64,000 nt of DNA, taken from NCBI GenBank assembly GCA_963693365.1, contig CAVNZM010000001.1, forward strand, positions 2,496,907-2,560,906, given 5' to 3'. The translations under genes were made by a program, and so were the position numbers. The notes below the pieces were generated by a model. It made no database searches, was not told the DNA's origin, and worked only from the letters and a program-made list of their open reading frames with translations. Position 1 is the first letter of the stretch; each line of letters begins with the position of its first letter. Source of the stretch: Amoebidium appalachense. Its lineage: Eukaryota; Protista; Ichthyosporea. Of the stretch, positions 1 through 12,723 are shown piece by piece.

Positions 1-9
1 GGGGGGGCC

Positions 10-42
<33 letters not shown>

Positions 43-102
43 GGGGGAAGGGGGGGGGGGGGAGGGGGGGGGGGAAGAGGTTGCTCACCAGCCCACAGAC
101 AG

Positions 103-205
103 GCAAAGGTGGGGGGGCAGCTGTGGTGCGCTAGGCCAGTGGACAGCACCATCGACAAGATAATGGTCGTGGGCATCGATGTGAATCACGACGTGGTGTG
201 TGCAT

Positions 206-253
<48 letters not shown>

Positions 254-260
254 ACACATG

Positions 261-303
<43 letters not shown>

Positions 304-674
304 GAGACACACACATAGACAGACATGGACACACACAGACTACCTAGTGCACCCCCCACTCCCCCGTTCCCTCCCCCCCCCCCCTCCCCCCCCCCCCCCC
401 AGCCCACACACATTCACAGACACACAGGCTATCTAGATTTACATCCCTCCCTCCCTCCCCATCCCCCCCCCCCCCCCCCCCCCCTCCCCCCCCCCAACAC
501 ACACACATATATGCACACAGCTGACATGGCAGGCACCGTGCATATTCACAGGTACTATCTTGCCCCCACACTCACGCACTAGCAAATGGACACTACCTTG
601 GACACGCGCATGCACACACACACACACACGTGCAGAGAGAGAGGGAACGAGCGAGAGAGGGAGAAAAAAAGGGA

Positions 675-731
<57 letters not shown>

Positions 732-768
732 GCAGAGAGAGAGAGAGCAAGAGGGAGAGGGAGAGAAA

Positions 769-814
<46 letters not shown>

Positions 815-1380
815 AGAGAGAAAGAGAGAGAGAGGGAGTGACTATTTTTCCTGAAGACACACACACACACAGACACGCATGCGCGCACGCGCGCGCGCGG
901 CGCGCACACACAGACACCATCTCGCATACACTGACTGTTTTGGGCTGCAGGCACAGGGGTCACGGTCTGTTATGGGTTTTTGTGCATCGCTCGACCAGCA
1001 GTTCACGCAGTACTACTCCGTGGCAGCCCAGCAGGTGTGTGTGTGTGTTACTGCCCCGGGTGCAGTGTGGCTGTGTGGGAGGGCCCACCGGTTGATGGGG
1101 GTGGGGGATAGGAGAGGGAGCATGAGGAGATAGTGCAACATCTGGACGTGCAGATGGGCAATGCCCTGGAAGCCAACTACCGTCACAACAATATTTATCC
1201 AGAGACCATCATGGTGAGAGAAGGGGGGGGGGGGGGGGGGGGGGGGGATTCGGCACCAATAATTTACAATGCCGTGCAGGTGTACCGGGACGGGGTCAGT
1301 GATGGCGAGCTGCCGAAAGTTAGGGACGTGGAGGTACCTGTGTATGCTTTTGGGGGCCCAGCGGGTTGGTGGGGGGAGTG

Positions 1381-1433
<53 letters not shown>

Positions 1434-3097
1434 GCTGACGAGGATGGGGGCAGGTGAGTGCTATTTTGAGTGCCATCAGCAAAAAGGAGCAGCGGTTGCA
1501 GGACGAGCAGGGGAAGTGGTTTGAGTCTCTGGTCAACCACTGCCAAGTGTGCTTCTTTGTGGTCAAAAAGCACATCCCCTAGAAGCTGTTCCACAGTGTC
1601 ACACAGGTATTTTACCTCTCTGGCACAAACATGAACAAACACATAAATGAACCCACTCTGATGGACTTGATGCAGCCTGAGGGTGAGAGAGTGTACAACT
1701 CCCCTCCAGGCACGTGCACGGAGGATGGGAAGACTTGTACGGCAGACACCTTCAACTTCTATCTGGTCTCCCAGAAGACCACACAGGTGCGCACCCCCTG
1801 CCCTCAGGCAGTTTCCCCGGCCAAGAGGGGGAAGGGGGGGGGGGGGGGGGGGGGGGGGGGGGTGGGGTGGGGGGGTGGGGGGTGGGGGGGTGGGGGGGTG
1901 GGGGGGGACTCATGGGTTGGGGCAGGGCACGGTGTCACCCACACACTTCAATTTGATCCACCACTCGTTGGCCCCCGGTGTGGAATGCCAGAATATACAA
2001 CAATAGTGCACGAGTTGGCATATGCATTCGCACGCACGTGCACAGCACGATTCTTCATTAGTTGCACATCTTTGGTTTACACAGGTTGCACGAGCACATA
2101 GCATACATAGGTACGATCGTTTATTTGTGCTTTATCTCCCTTTATTTCATAAGCATGTCCGGCATGCTCTTGTTTGCCCTCTGTTATTCATTAGGCACGT
2201 GTGGTATTCATAGTTTGTTTAGCTATTGGCGATAGCGAGAGGAAAGCACGCATCCGACGATTGTTGTGCATGCTTTTCATGTTTTCTGTGTAGTCGGGTG
2301 TTTTGTCTGCGGTTGGACCGTATGAGGGGAATGCAGTTTGATTTCCGTTCATGTACGTGTCGTTATATGATTGGTCAGATTTATAGTATTCATAGTATTT
2401 GCCAATCAGATGCGCAAATACCTTTGGATAGATCTGTATTCATGGAATCTGCCTGCGGCAGATAAATAGGTGAGAATCGAGCATAATAAATTAGACGTAG
2501 ATTGACAGAACATGCCACTGTGTTTCTACCTCTCCACACTACCCTCTCTGTTAGTGCTGTGGCATCGTGCATTGCCCAGCACCACTCTGCACGTGTTTAT
2601 GTCTGTTAGTTTAGTGGCCTGATCACCCACGTATACTCTCATTCATATGCATGTGTGCCCAGGTACGTGTTAGTTGTAGTGTGTACACTCTGCTAGTCAG
2701 GCGAGAATAGTAGGGACTTTTGCCGTAAGTCAGCACTTTTCTTGCATGGAACACCCTTTGAAGGCATGGCGGAAGCACAAGTACCACCAGGTGTTGGCCT
2801 ACAAACTGACTCATCTCTACTACAACTGGCCCGTACGTGCGCCCTGCCCCCCCGCCCCCCTCCCCGCTCCCCCCCCCCCCCCCCCCCCCCTTTTTCCTGC
2901 TCCTTCCCCCCCTCCCCGCGTCCAATGTCTGCCTGCCGCTAGAAAAGAGGGTTGGGTGCTGAGTGGGTGTGCAGGGGACCATCCGTGTTCCTGCGTCGTG
3001 CCAGTATGCACACACACTGACCTACAAAGTCGGCATGCACCTGGGTGGGTGCAACCCTGACGCTAAGGGAATGTCCACACTTCTGCACTGCCTTTAG
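103..3097 (+). CDS. PIWI: PIWI-clade Argonaute, C-terminal MID/PIWI part (5' end outside window); possibly a pseudogene
   Basis: Exons ~103-195, 951-1034, 1112-1213, 1280-1333, 1454-1606, 1676-1786, 1926-~2000, 2791-2832, 2975-3097. They give [98 protein letters not shown]. The HLYYNWPG.IRVP signature is PIWI-type rather than AGO-type. In-frame TAG at 1580-1582 and no GT donor at ~2001. Confidence 0.93.
2000..2661. mobile_element. Putative ~660-bp insertion in the last codon of Piwi exon 7
   Basis: Removing it joins AAT ATA CA to G|GTACGT (donor at 2663) and restores NIQ|VLAYKL through a normal intron 2663-2790. CA is present at both junctions. No TIRs or ORF recognised. Confidence 0.4.
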
Positions 3098-3552
3098 TGT
3101 GTGTATGTATGGGGCTGGTGTGTCGTGTTCCAGCGTAGCGGATGGAATGTGTGTTTGGCACGATGTGTACCGAAGGATGAGCTTGACTCGTCATGCCAAG
3201 TAGCAGCCTTGTGCTTATTATGGATGCTATGTATATACATGAGACGGTGATGTGGATCATCATGTACCATAGACAATATGTGACCTGCTGGCACAAAATA
3301 AAATACTTGGGCACGAATTATTTGGTTTTTTTGTTTGTCGCGCACAATGTGCATGTCCGTTCAACTTGAATCATGAGCCTACCGTACAGTAACATCTAGT
3401 TCTACTTTTGACTCCGCAAGGTTTATTTGCCTCAATTTTTGCCATGGAATGTGTGTGTGTCACTGTGGGTGTTTGTGGCCACACTGGCCGTGGGGGTTCG
3501 GTTTTTTCCTTTTCCGTTTTCTTTTTTGTCTTTGCTTTGTTTGGAATTTCTT

Positions 3553-3604
<52 letters not shown>

Positions 3605-4089
3605 GGGAGAGGGGGGTCAGAAAGGGGGTGGGGTGGGGGGAGCCCGGGGGGGGGGGGGGGGAGGGGGGGGGGAGGGGGTAGGTGTCGATTCGATTTAAGG
3701 TGACATGCATATGATGCAATGCCATATGTGTGGTGGGCACCAAGAACTTCGATGATTCGATGACTTCTTCCTTATGCTTCCGCTTTTCGCCCACCGCCTG
3801 AAAGGCTTGAAGGCGGGGTGGCGCGCAGTGGTTGCTGGACCACTGTGAGTTGTGGCACGTGCAGCTGATGTATTAACAACCTGCTGGGCCACGTGGCACA
3901 CACACGTGTACCCACAAACAAACACAAAAAAGAAAAAAGAATGCACACATGTCCAAAGACACAATCACGTATTTCACAAACACGCACATAGTACACGGTA
4001 CACAGATACACATGTCAACACACACAAGCCTTAATTAAGGAACATGCGACGTTCCCATGTAGTACACTACACGACTGTACATGTATAAT

Positions 4090-4158
4090 AACACATTCGA
4101 TCTTCGTACATGGTACACATGTCACACGGACACACACACACACACATGTCATACACGT

Positions 4159-4236
<78 letters not shown>

Positions 4237-4465
4237 TGTACATAATCTCACATACACGCACACACGGTCACACACGCACACACACATGTACACACACACA
4301 CACATGCACGCACACACACACGCACGTGCACACACGTACATGTACACGCACACACAAACACGAACACATATTTGGGTACACACGCACACACACACATGTA
4401 CACACACACACACACACAATGTACACGCACGCACACACACGTGCGCACATCTACACGCGTACACT

Positions 4466-4529
<64 letters not shown>

Positions 4530-4660
4530 CTCTCACACACACTCACACACACACACACAAATACAAACACAAACACAGTGACTGAGGGACAAACACACCA
4601 TTCATTTACATATGTACACAACATACACGGTGCACACGTGCATGCATGCATGTGATGATA
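4090..4660. repeat. Compound (CA)n / CACG / CATG microsatellite tract
   Basis: Directly visible. Representative of dozens of similar tracts, e.g. 205-320, 15750-15870, 17595-17805, 19640-19735, 26760-26895, 60830-60970, 61245-61400, 61890-62150. Confidence 0.95.
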
Positions 4661-4729
4661 TTGAAACCAATATGCATATCAGTTTTTGAGATAGGTGGCG
4701 GGCCCGGGGGACTCGGAGTTCTGGCAATC

Positions 4730-4776
4730 CTGGCCTCGCGATCGTTCTCTCGGCGAGAGAACGATCGCGAGGCCAG
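4730..4776. repeat. Perfect inverted repeat, 23-bp arms with a 1-nt centre
   Basis: CTGGCCTCGCGATCGTTCTCTCG-G-CGAGAGAACGATCGCGAGGCCAG. Confidence 0.95.
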
Positions 4777-4862
4777 TTATTTGCAGCTGGTGATGGTAGT
4801 GGTGGTGGTCGTGGTCTGCCCGGAAGGGAAAAGGGGGGGAAGGGAGGGAGGGAGGGAGGGAG

Positions 4863-4923
<61 letters not shown>

Positions 4924-7366
4924 CGGTGCTGTTACAGAGGCCCCATGAAGACTCGACCAACGGTTGCTTTTGCCCGGCCTGCAGGCCCTGCATCATACGG
5001 CTTTTTTTTGTATCCTAGTTCTGTCGACGTCCGGGCCTGCCAGTAGACCGTCAGTGCTCGGTTTCAAGGCTTTTCATGGACAAAAAATGACCGTTTATAT
5101 TAGTTTACATAACCGGTTAGTAGACTCGCAATCATCGTTGGCCTGTGGTCTATTTCCTAGCATGTGAAGAAAAAATCAGAGTTAAAGTAGCTAAAAAAAA
5201 CTCTTTATGTAGGCCCTATACCGAAAAAAATACGGTTTACTAGGACCTGGCTCACCTGTGAAAACACATGTACATCAATCCCACGTACACCTCTCCATAG
5301 ATAACTGAAAATGTAGCTTATCAGAGAGAAGAGCGGGTCAACAAATTTCCCGTGATAGTTGAGATGTTCAAATGAGCAAATATGCAGCTCACTGCCACAG
5401 CTAGTTAGCAGGTGCCACCTACCCATAAGGACAAGAAATGTAATCGAAAAAATTAGATATTAAATATTTACATGCTGTTCCACACAAAACCGGGTTATAT
5501 AACTGCATTTTAGCTCCCTCCAGTCTTGCCAAAATAAATTCTAAAACATTTTGCTGGATATCACATTGATAAACTTCTGAAATCGGATTTCCATCACGCA
5601 TCAGAAAGCCGAACGATGAACCCTAGGGGCCCGTACCCAAGCTTCAAGCGCCAATCGAAAGTGGCTATAGGAACCAAAAATCGAGTTTAGTTACAAGAAA
5701 CTTCGACATTTTGACAGAAACAAAAAGCTTTGGAAGTGCAGTTGATTTTGTTAAGTTGTCTGAATGTTTTAGCCACATGTACAGCGGCTCCAACTCACCG
5801 TCTATATGAGTTGATGTGGTCAGTGTACTAGTCAGTGTAGGGGAGCTGCACTGCTGAGAGAGGTGTAAACAGTATGTACCAGAGGCTGTGCACATTGCAC
5901 CCGTGCACATCTACAGAACTAGCTATCCAGAATTTATCGCTAAAGCAAGGTCATAGAACTTGACATATGGATAATGATAATTATATAGTTTCTTTTTCAT
6001 CTATTCATTTCATAGGGCGGTTGAATAACTCCTTTGAAGAACCGCCTCAAAGATACGGGATAATTTAGCATTGGTGTTAGAAAAAAGCCTTTGCCGGTCT
6101 CCATATCAAAAACGTTGCCTTTTGCAGCCAATCGAAAAATAGAGTGGACCATTTTGCATTTCTTCCTAAACCACGCATAGTATACTCCACACGTCATGCC
6201 ATGAGGTTGGCATGGTGCACTGTGCACGTGGCGGCCCTGCATGTTTGCATGGGTGAACGTGAAATCTTCTATACATATGCATGTGATATGTGTGACTGAG
6301 ATTCAAAACGAGACCAGACCAGCAACGGTATGAGTTATTTACTGTACTGTACGGTATATCAGCTGCTAATCGATTTGCAATAATCGATTGATATCTGATC
6401 AGTTATCTCGAATATCCAATATCGACTCCATGTAATAATGTCATATAATGTAACGTTGTTCTGCATTTGCTGCACTAATCTAAATAATCGCACTAATACT
6501 TGAGATTTTCAGTCGTATGGCAATGACCGGGTTTGCTTGCATGCATTCTGTAATTGTGTTTTTCTGTGTGTGCTGCCACAACTAGGCCACCTTGTCAGAG
6601 AGCTAGATGCAGTTTCTCCGGGTTATCTAGGGGCCGGGCCCGTTGGGATTGTTTTTTAGCTCAGATTTGGTCTGCATTGCTCTTTTAGAGGCTGACTTGC
6701 TAGCTGTGCCTCGGTAGGTTTTGAGGGGGGCCTGTTGGGAAGCAGCAGTAATGATGTCTTCTTGCGGAGTGTGGTCTGATCAACATCGATGCATATGACT
6801 AGTTGGAGCAAACTAGTTTCACGCATACACGTACACTTATAATTAAGGCATTGCCCGCTGGTGTCCTTTGTCACTTGTCGCTTTATTTTTATTTCGTAGC
6901 TTTGGCCTTTTCAGTTCTATTGGTGGTTATGTAGCCTGTGGCTGCACGTTGCCTTCATCAACGGATCAATAAAACCGAGTCAAAAGAAGATTTTCTATAG
7001 TTATATGCGATTGCTGTTTGAAATTTTGCTGCTCATTCGAACACCGTATCTTTGGATACTTGGCCGGGGAATGTGCTGTTTATTTCAACGAGATTTACAA
7101 CTTCATGGAGTTTTGGGGGACCACCATGTTGAAACGGGGGCATCCAATAGTTCGAAGGAGTCCCCAACTATAAAGGCCTCAAAAAAAATTTTCTCCCTCA
7201 TTTTTGGTCATTCGACTGCGCCGTTTTCTTCCATAACGACGTCATGCTCGAGTTGGTTTCAAACCTTGTCTCTCTGATAGTTCATCCTGTTCAAACTTTG
7301 CAAGCCGCTTTAGACATTGTTCTAACAAAACCCGGTCCACTTCCTCCTTCTGCAGTCTTAGCCATC

Positions 7367-9558
7367 ATGGAGAACGGTAACCCCGCCGGCAAATACGGTG
7401 TCCCAGTCGTCGAGAATGGGACCACCTGCTACCGCAACCCCAAGGCCAAAGACGCCTTCGTCACTACTATAGATGGGATTGAAACTTTGGGCGACCTCAT
7501 TCCCCGTGCAGCAGAGAAGTACCCCAGCCTTCACTGCTTTGGCACGCGGCCCATCGAGCAGAGGGAGCAGATCACGGACCCTGCCTCGGGCAGGCCGTTT
7601 GAGAAACTAACGCTCGGACCCTACAAGTGGGAGACCTACTCACAGGTTGGCGACCGCGTGAAGAACTTTGCCTCGGGTCTGCTTAACGCCGGTGTCAAGT
7701 CGGGGGACATGATTTCCATCTACATGAACACCTGTGCTGAGTGGCAAATCGCGGCCCACGCAGCTTTTTCCATCGGTGTCGTGGTAGTGACGGTCTATGC
7801 GACTCTCGGGGAGGAGGCAATGGTTCATTCCTTCGGCGAGACTGAGGTGAAGACCATCATCACGGAAGAGGCTCTTCTGCCCACCCTTCGCCGTGTTCTC
7901 AAGCAGTCCCCTGGAATCAAGAACATTATCGTCTCTGGCACGGGTGACAAGCTGAAGGAAGGGTTTGCGGGCGATGTTACGGTGACCACCTATGCCGACC
8001 TCGAGAGCAACGGCAAGGAGAAGCCCAACACGGAGTTCACCAAGTCCAAGCCCACGGACACGGCCGTCATCATGTACACGTCCGGGTCCACGGGCATGCC
8101 CAAGGGTGTCATTCTCACCCACAAGTCAGTCATCGGCGGTATTGTGGCTGTCGGTGGCAACCTGCCGGAATTCAGCCAGGAGGACGTATTCCTTGGCTTC
8201 CTGCCGCTTGCCCACATCCTGGCCCTTACTGCCGAGATGTTCTTCATCACGGCTGGTGTCCAGATCGGCTACGGCTCACCCACCACCCTCACGGACACTT
8301 CCCCAAAGATCAAGCCCGGCACACAGGGTGACATTGCTGCCCTCCGGCCTACTGTTATGGCGGCTGTTCCTGCCGTTATCGAGCGCATTCGCGCTGGCGT
8401 ACTGAGCAAGATCAACACATCCCCCGGCCTTGTCCAGAAGCTCTTCTGGGCTGGTTTCCGTGCCAAGCAGGCCGCATGGCCCAAGGGCGAGACCACCCCC
8501 TTCTGGGATGCCATCCTGTTCAAGCGCTTCAAGCATCTGCTCGGTAAGTAAACACGTGCTGTTTTTGCCATATCCTTCCCCCTCGCGCCCCCCCCCCCCC
8601 CCCTCTCCCTCCTCCCCCCTTTTCTCTTCCGCTTCCCCCCCCCCCCCCTCCTTCCTCCTTTCCTCTCTCCCCCCCTCCCCCCACCCCCCCCCCCCCCCCT
8701 CCCTCCTCCCCCCATCCTGGTGAAGGTTGCAGACACATGCTGATGGGCATTCTTCGCTGTTGTCTTTTGAAAGAAGGAGGGGGGGGGGGGGGTCCTTCGA
8801 AGGAGACGGGTCTCTTTTGTTCTTGCCTGTTGGGCCTGTGTGCTTGCCTGCACTGCCATTGCTTTACCAATCCACCTTGGGCTGCCTGCTGACTTCCTTT
8901 GGCTCCCAGGTGGCCGGCTCCGTGGCATCGTGTGCGGTGGTGCGCCCCTCAATGCCGACTCACAGACGTTCTTCCAGTGCGTGTTTGGTGTGCCCCTGGT
9001 GCAGGGCTACGGTTTGACAGAGACGTGTGCCTGTGGCACCATTGCCGACCTGTATGACCGCTTTGCTGCCGGCCGGGTGGGTGGGCCTCTGCAGGCGCTG
9101 GAGCTCAAGCTGGAGGACTGGGAGGAGGGCGGATACAGGTCGGCAGACAAGGACGACCCCAACATCGGCGTGGCTCGGTTCGTACCCTCCCCCCCCCTTT
9201 TCCCCCTCACACACTCCTGCTCCTCCCCCCCCCCCCCCCTCCCCCCGGTTGTTCATGTGTACTTCGTTCTTTGACCCATTACCCCCCCCCCCCCTTTTCC
9301 CCCGGTCCCTCCAACCCAACCCAGCCCTATCCAACTTGCAACTTCAGTTTGCCCTTCCTCTCTTGCTTTGCGCAGTCGTGAGCAGTCACTTTGCTCTGCT
9401 TACGTGCTTCATACCTCCCGTCTCCCCCCCCCCCTCCCTCCCCTCCCCAACCACCACCACCACACACACAACACCTGCACCTTCCCCTACTTACTCTCCC
9501 AGGTGAATCTTTCTGCCCTAGTCATATCTTCGATTCCCCAGCTCTCCTCTCAACATAT

Positions 9559-9592
<34 letters not shown>

Positions 9593-10086
9593 CCGTTCAA
9601 CCCAATTTTTCTCCTGTGGGTGGGCTCTGATTGTGATCCAAGCCCTTCATGTGTGCTTTGCAACTGCACGGTGTTGCCCTTAATGAGGGGATAATTCGTA
9701 CCCTATTGCCCAATCTACCATCACCCCGTTCCCCCGGTGTTCACCCAGGCTCACCTCCTTGCACACATGCCCCTCCCCCCCCCCCCCCCCCCCCCCCCCC
9801 CCTTTTTTTTTCCCCCCAACCACTCGGCATATCACAACAATATAGTATCCAGCCATGTCTAGAGTCTAACCTGCATACACCTCCACACAGTGGTGAGATC
9901 TGCATTGGGGGTGTGATTCTGTCTGACGGCTACTTCAAGAACCCCGAGAAGACGGCCGAGGAGTTCCGTGTGGATGCAAACGGCAAGCGCTGGTTCCACA
10001 CGGGAGACATTGGCGAGGTGGATGCTGCTGGAACATTCAAGATCATCGACCGCAAGAAGGACCTGGTCAAGCTGCAGATGGTAACA

Positions 10087-10117
<31 letters not shown>

Positions 10118-10291
10118 ACTTTGTCCCCACCACTTTGTCTGTCCTGAACGTTTATTTCGTGTAATAAACAAAAACCCTTCCCCCCCCCCCCCCCCCCCCA
10201 AAAAAAAAAAAAACATACACACACGTCATTCCTTTTCCCCTCCCACGTTCCTGAGTCGAATCTGGTCTTTTGTCTTCTTACCCCCCCCCCC

Positions 10292-10322
<31 letters not shown>

Positions 10323-11189
10323 ACGCACGCAGGGTTTCGCAACGTCTCCCAAAACACCCGTGTATTCCTAAATCTGGTCACGTCGTTTTGGGTCTCTCCC
10401 CTGTGGATGATCTTTACTTAGCTCCTTGAGCAATCGCCCCCTCCCCCCCCCCTCCCCCCCCCTCTTCAGTTACCCCGGTACCCCCATCCCCTTCCCCTTC
10501 CTCCCCGGGGGGGGGGGGGGGGGGGGGGGGGGACATACTTGCACACAAAACACCACTTTTCTACCGACCTTTCTGTTCCCCATCCCCCCCCCCCCCCCCC
10601 CCCCCCCACCCCGCTCCCTTGTCTACGGGATTTCTCTCTTCCCCACCGGCACTTACCCCCTCTCCCTCCCCCCCTTACTCCCCCCTCATTCGGTACCAGT
10701 ACCACACACACGCACACACCGGCCCACCACAACCCATCCATGCCCCTTGCTGTGCTTATGGCCCATGGTTCTAACCCACATCTCCACGTGCAGGGCGAGT
10801 ACGTGTCTCTGGGCAAGGTGGAGTCCAACCTTATCAGTGCGGCGCTAGTGGAGCAGATCTGCGTGCACGCGGACCCCATGCAGACTTACTGCATTGCTCT
10901 GGTGGTGCCCAAGAAGGACCCCCTCATCAATGCCGCTAAGGCTGCCGGCATCGAAAAGCCCTACGAGGAGCTTGTGAAGGTCCCCGCAGTGGTGAAGCTG
11001 GTCAAACAGTCCATCGATGAGGCCTCCAAGCAGGCCAAGCTGGCAAAGTTCGAGATCCCTGAGAAGATCGTGCTGTTCCCTGACGTGTGGATGCCTGACT
11101 CGGGCTTGGTGACGGCATCTATGAAGCTGCAGAGAAACACCATCTACAAGCACTATGCTGCCGAGATCAAGGCTCTGTATGGTAACTAA
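7367..11189 (+). CDS. ACSL: Long-chain fatty acyl-CoA synthetase (ACSL3/4, LACS9, FAA-like)
   Basis: Exons 7367 (or 7244)-8543, 8910-9177, 9891-10080, 10794-11189, all GT-AG and in frame. Motifs [82 protein letters not shown]. Confidence 0.97.
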
Positions 11190-11660
11190 GGTGGGGGTGT
11201 AGTTGGGCCCCGTGTGTGCCATGCGAAAATGTGTGCACATGTGAAGAGAAAACGGATAGTTACTAATGGGCAGGGAGAGTGGAAATAAACGGTGTAAATT
11301 GGATGACGTGACCGTCGTGTTTAATACTTCAGGACACAAGTAGCACTCAGCTAATGCATGGAGTTGCAGGGGGATGACTTCCTGTCCGGGTTTTGATTCT
11401 TAAGGTAACAGAAAGGGCCGCATCTTGTTTTTTTTCTTGTTTTTTTTCTTCCGCACTTTCTCTTGTTCCCGCGGTTGGGGGGTAAGAGTTGACATAGTTC
11501 TTATTTTTTATTGTTAAGTTATTTTCTTCTTTCTCGGCCCCTTAGATGTCTTAAACGCATGCACACGGGCGTGCGCACATGTGTAATACTATCTGGTTTG
11601 TACGGCCCTAACACTGCTAAGTACCCTGGTGTTGTAAAATGTATGGTATCATGCCCGGGC

Positions 11661-11764
11661 TAGATCCTGTGTTATCTTGAATAAGATGTACAGCTACATC
11701 GACCTCCCGGTGCCCCTGCTTCACCCCCTCCCCCCTCCCCCCCCCCCCCCCCCCCCCCCCAAAA

Positions 11765-11814
<50 letters not shown>

Positions 11815-12004
11815 CACACACACGTCACACACACACAGAGACCCGTTCGACCCTGTAATGATGAATAATATGTACAGCTACATCAACCTCCTGTGCCCCT
11901 CCCCCTCTCTCCTCACCCCCCCCCCCCCCCCCCCCCCCAACACACACACACACACATACCGTTCGATCATGATGTTCAATAAGATGTACAGCCACACCAA
12001 CCTC

Positions 12005-12046
<42 letters not shown>

Positions 12047-12260
12047 ACAAACAAAAAAAAGAAAGAAAGAAATATCACAGGCACACACAGACCCGTTCAA
12101 TCATGTGATGTTAAATAAAATGTACAACTACATCAACCTCTTGCGCCCCCTCCTTTCCCTTCCACCCCCTCCCCCACCCCCCCCTCCCCCCCCCTCCCCC
12201 CCCCCCCCCCCCCCCCCAACATACACATCCACGCACACACACAGACCCGTTCGACCCGAC
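11661..12260. repeat. Tandem array of 4 full and 1 partial ~55-nt cores separated by poly-C/(CA)n spacers
   Basis: Core GACCCGTTCGAyC.TGTrATGtTgAATAAgATGTACAGCTACATCAACCTCcTGTGCCCC at ~11661, 11840, 11959, 12090, partial at 12245. Confidence 0.85.
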
Positions 12261-12642
12261 CCATCAACACACGTGCACTAAGTCTCGGCAATGCACACCC
12301 ATCAGCTCCATGGTGGAACGGCCCGAGTCACGCAAAGCATCACACACACACCTGCACATGCATGCACAGAACCATTACAGTTTAAATTCCCTTGTGACAC
12401 CCAAGCAAGCATACATCTGGACACACCAGCACAGACCACCATATCGCCCCCCATAGAGCCGCCCAGAGCATGCACGTGCCTGCGTCTCAGATTGTAACAG
12501 TTATCATCGGCTAGAAGACGTCTATGCACCGTTTCCTGCGCTATAAAGCACCACTGTGAGTGTTCCCCCCCCCCCCCCCCCCCCCCCCCCCCACCACCAC
12601 CACCACCACCACCACCACCACCACCACCACGAAAACCAATCT

Positions 12643-12690
<48 letters not shown>

Positions 12691-12692
12691 CC

Positions 12693-12723
<31 letters not shown>

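Noticed and set aside
1580-1582. Alternative genetic code (TAG read as an amino acid)
   Set aside because: TAG terminates Piwi itself at the homologous C-terminus, and also the kinase and saposin-like genes. No other internal TAG was seen in the reconstructed exons.
3700-5060. Small minus-strand gene between Piwi and ACSL
   Set aside because: Exon-like islands exist (3720-3845, 4690-4815), but no consistent frame or recognisable product could be built.
5000-7200. Gene, transposase or endogenous viral fragment in microsatellite-free intergenic DNA
   Set aside because: Only short ORFs with no recognisable motifs, TIRs or LTRs.
7640-8405. Overlapping antisense and alternative-frame ORFs within ACSL exon 1
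   Set aside because: Shadow ORFs expected from GC3-rich coding sequence.
11661-12260. CRISPR array
   Set aside because: The cores are long and diverged, the spacers are microsatellites, there are no cas genes, and the context is eukaryotic.
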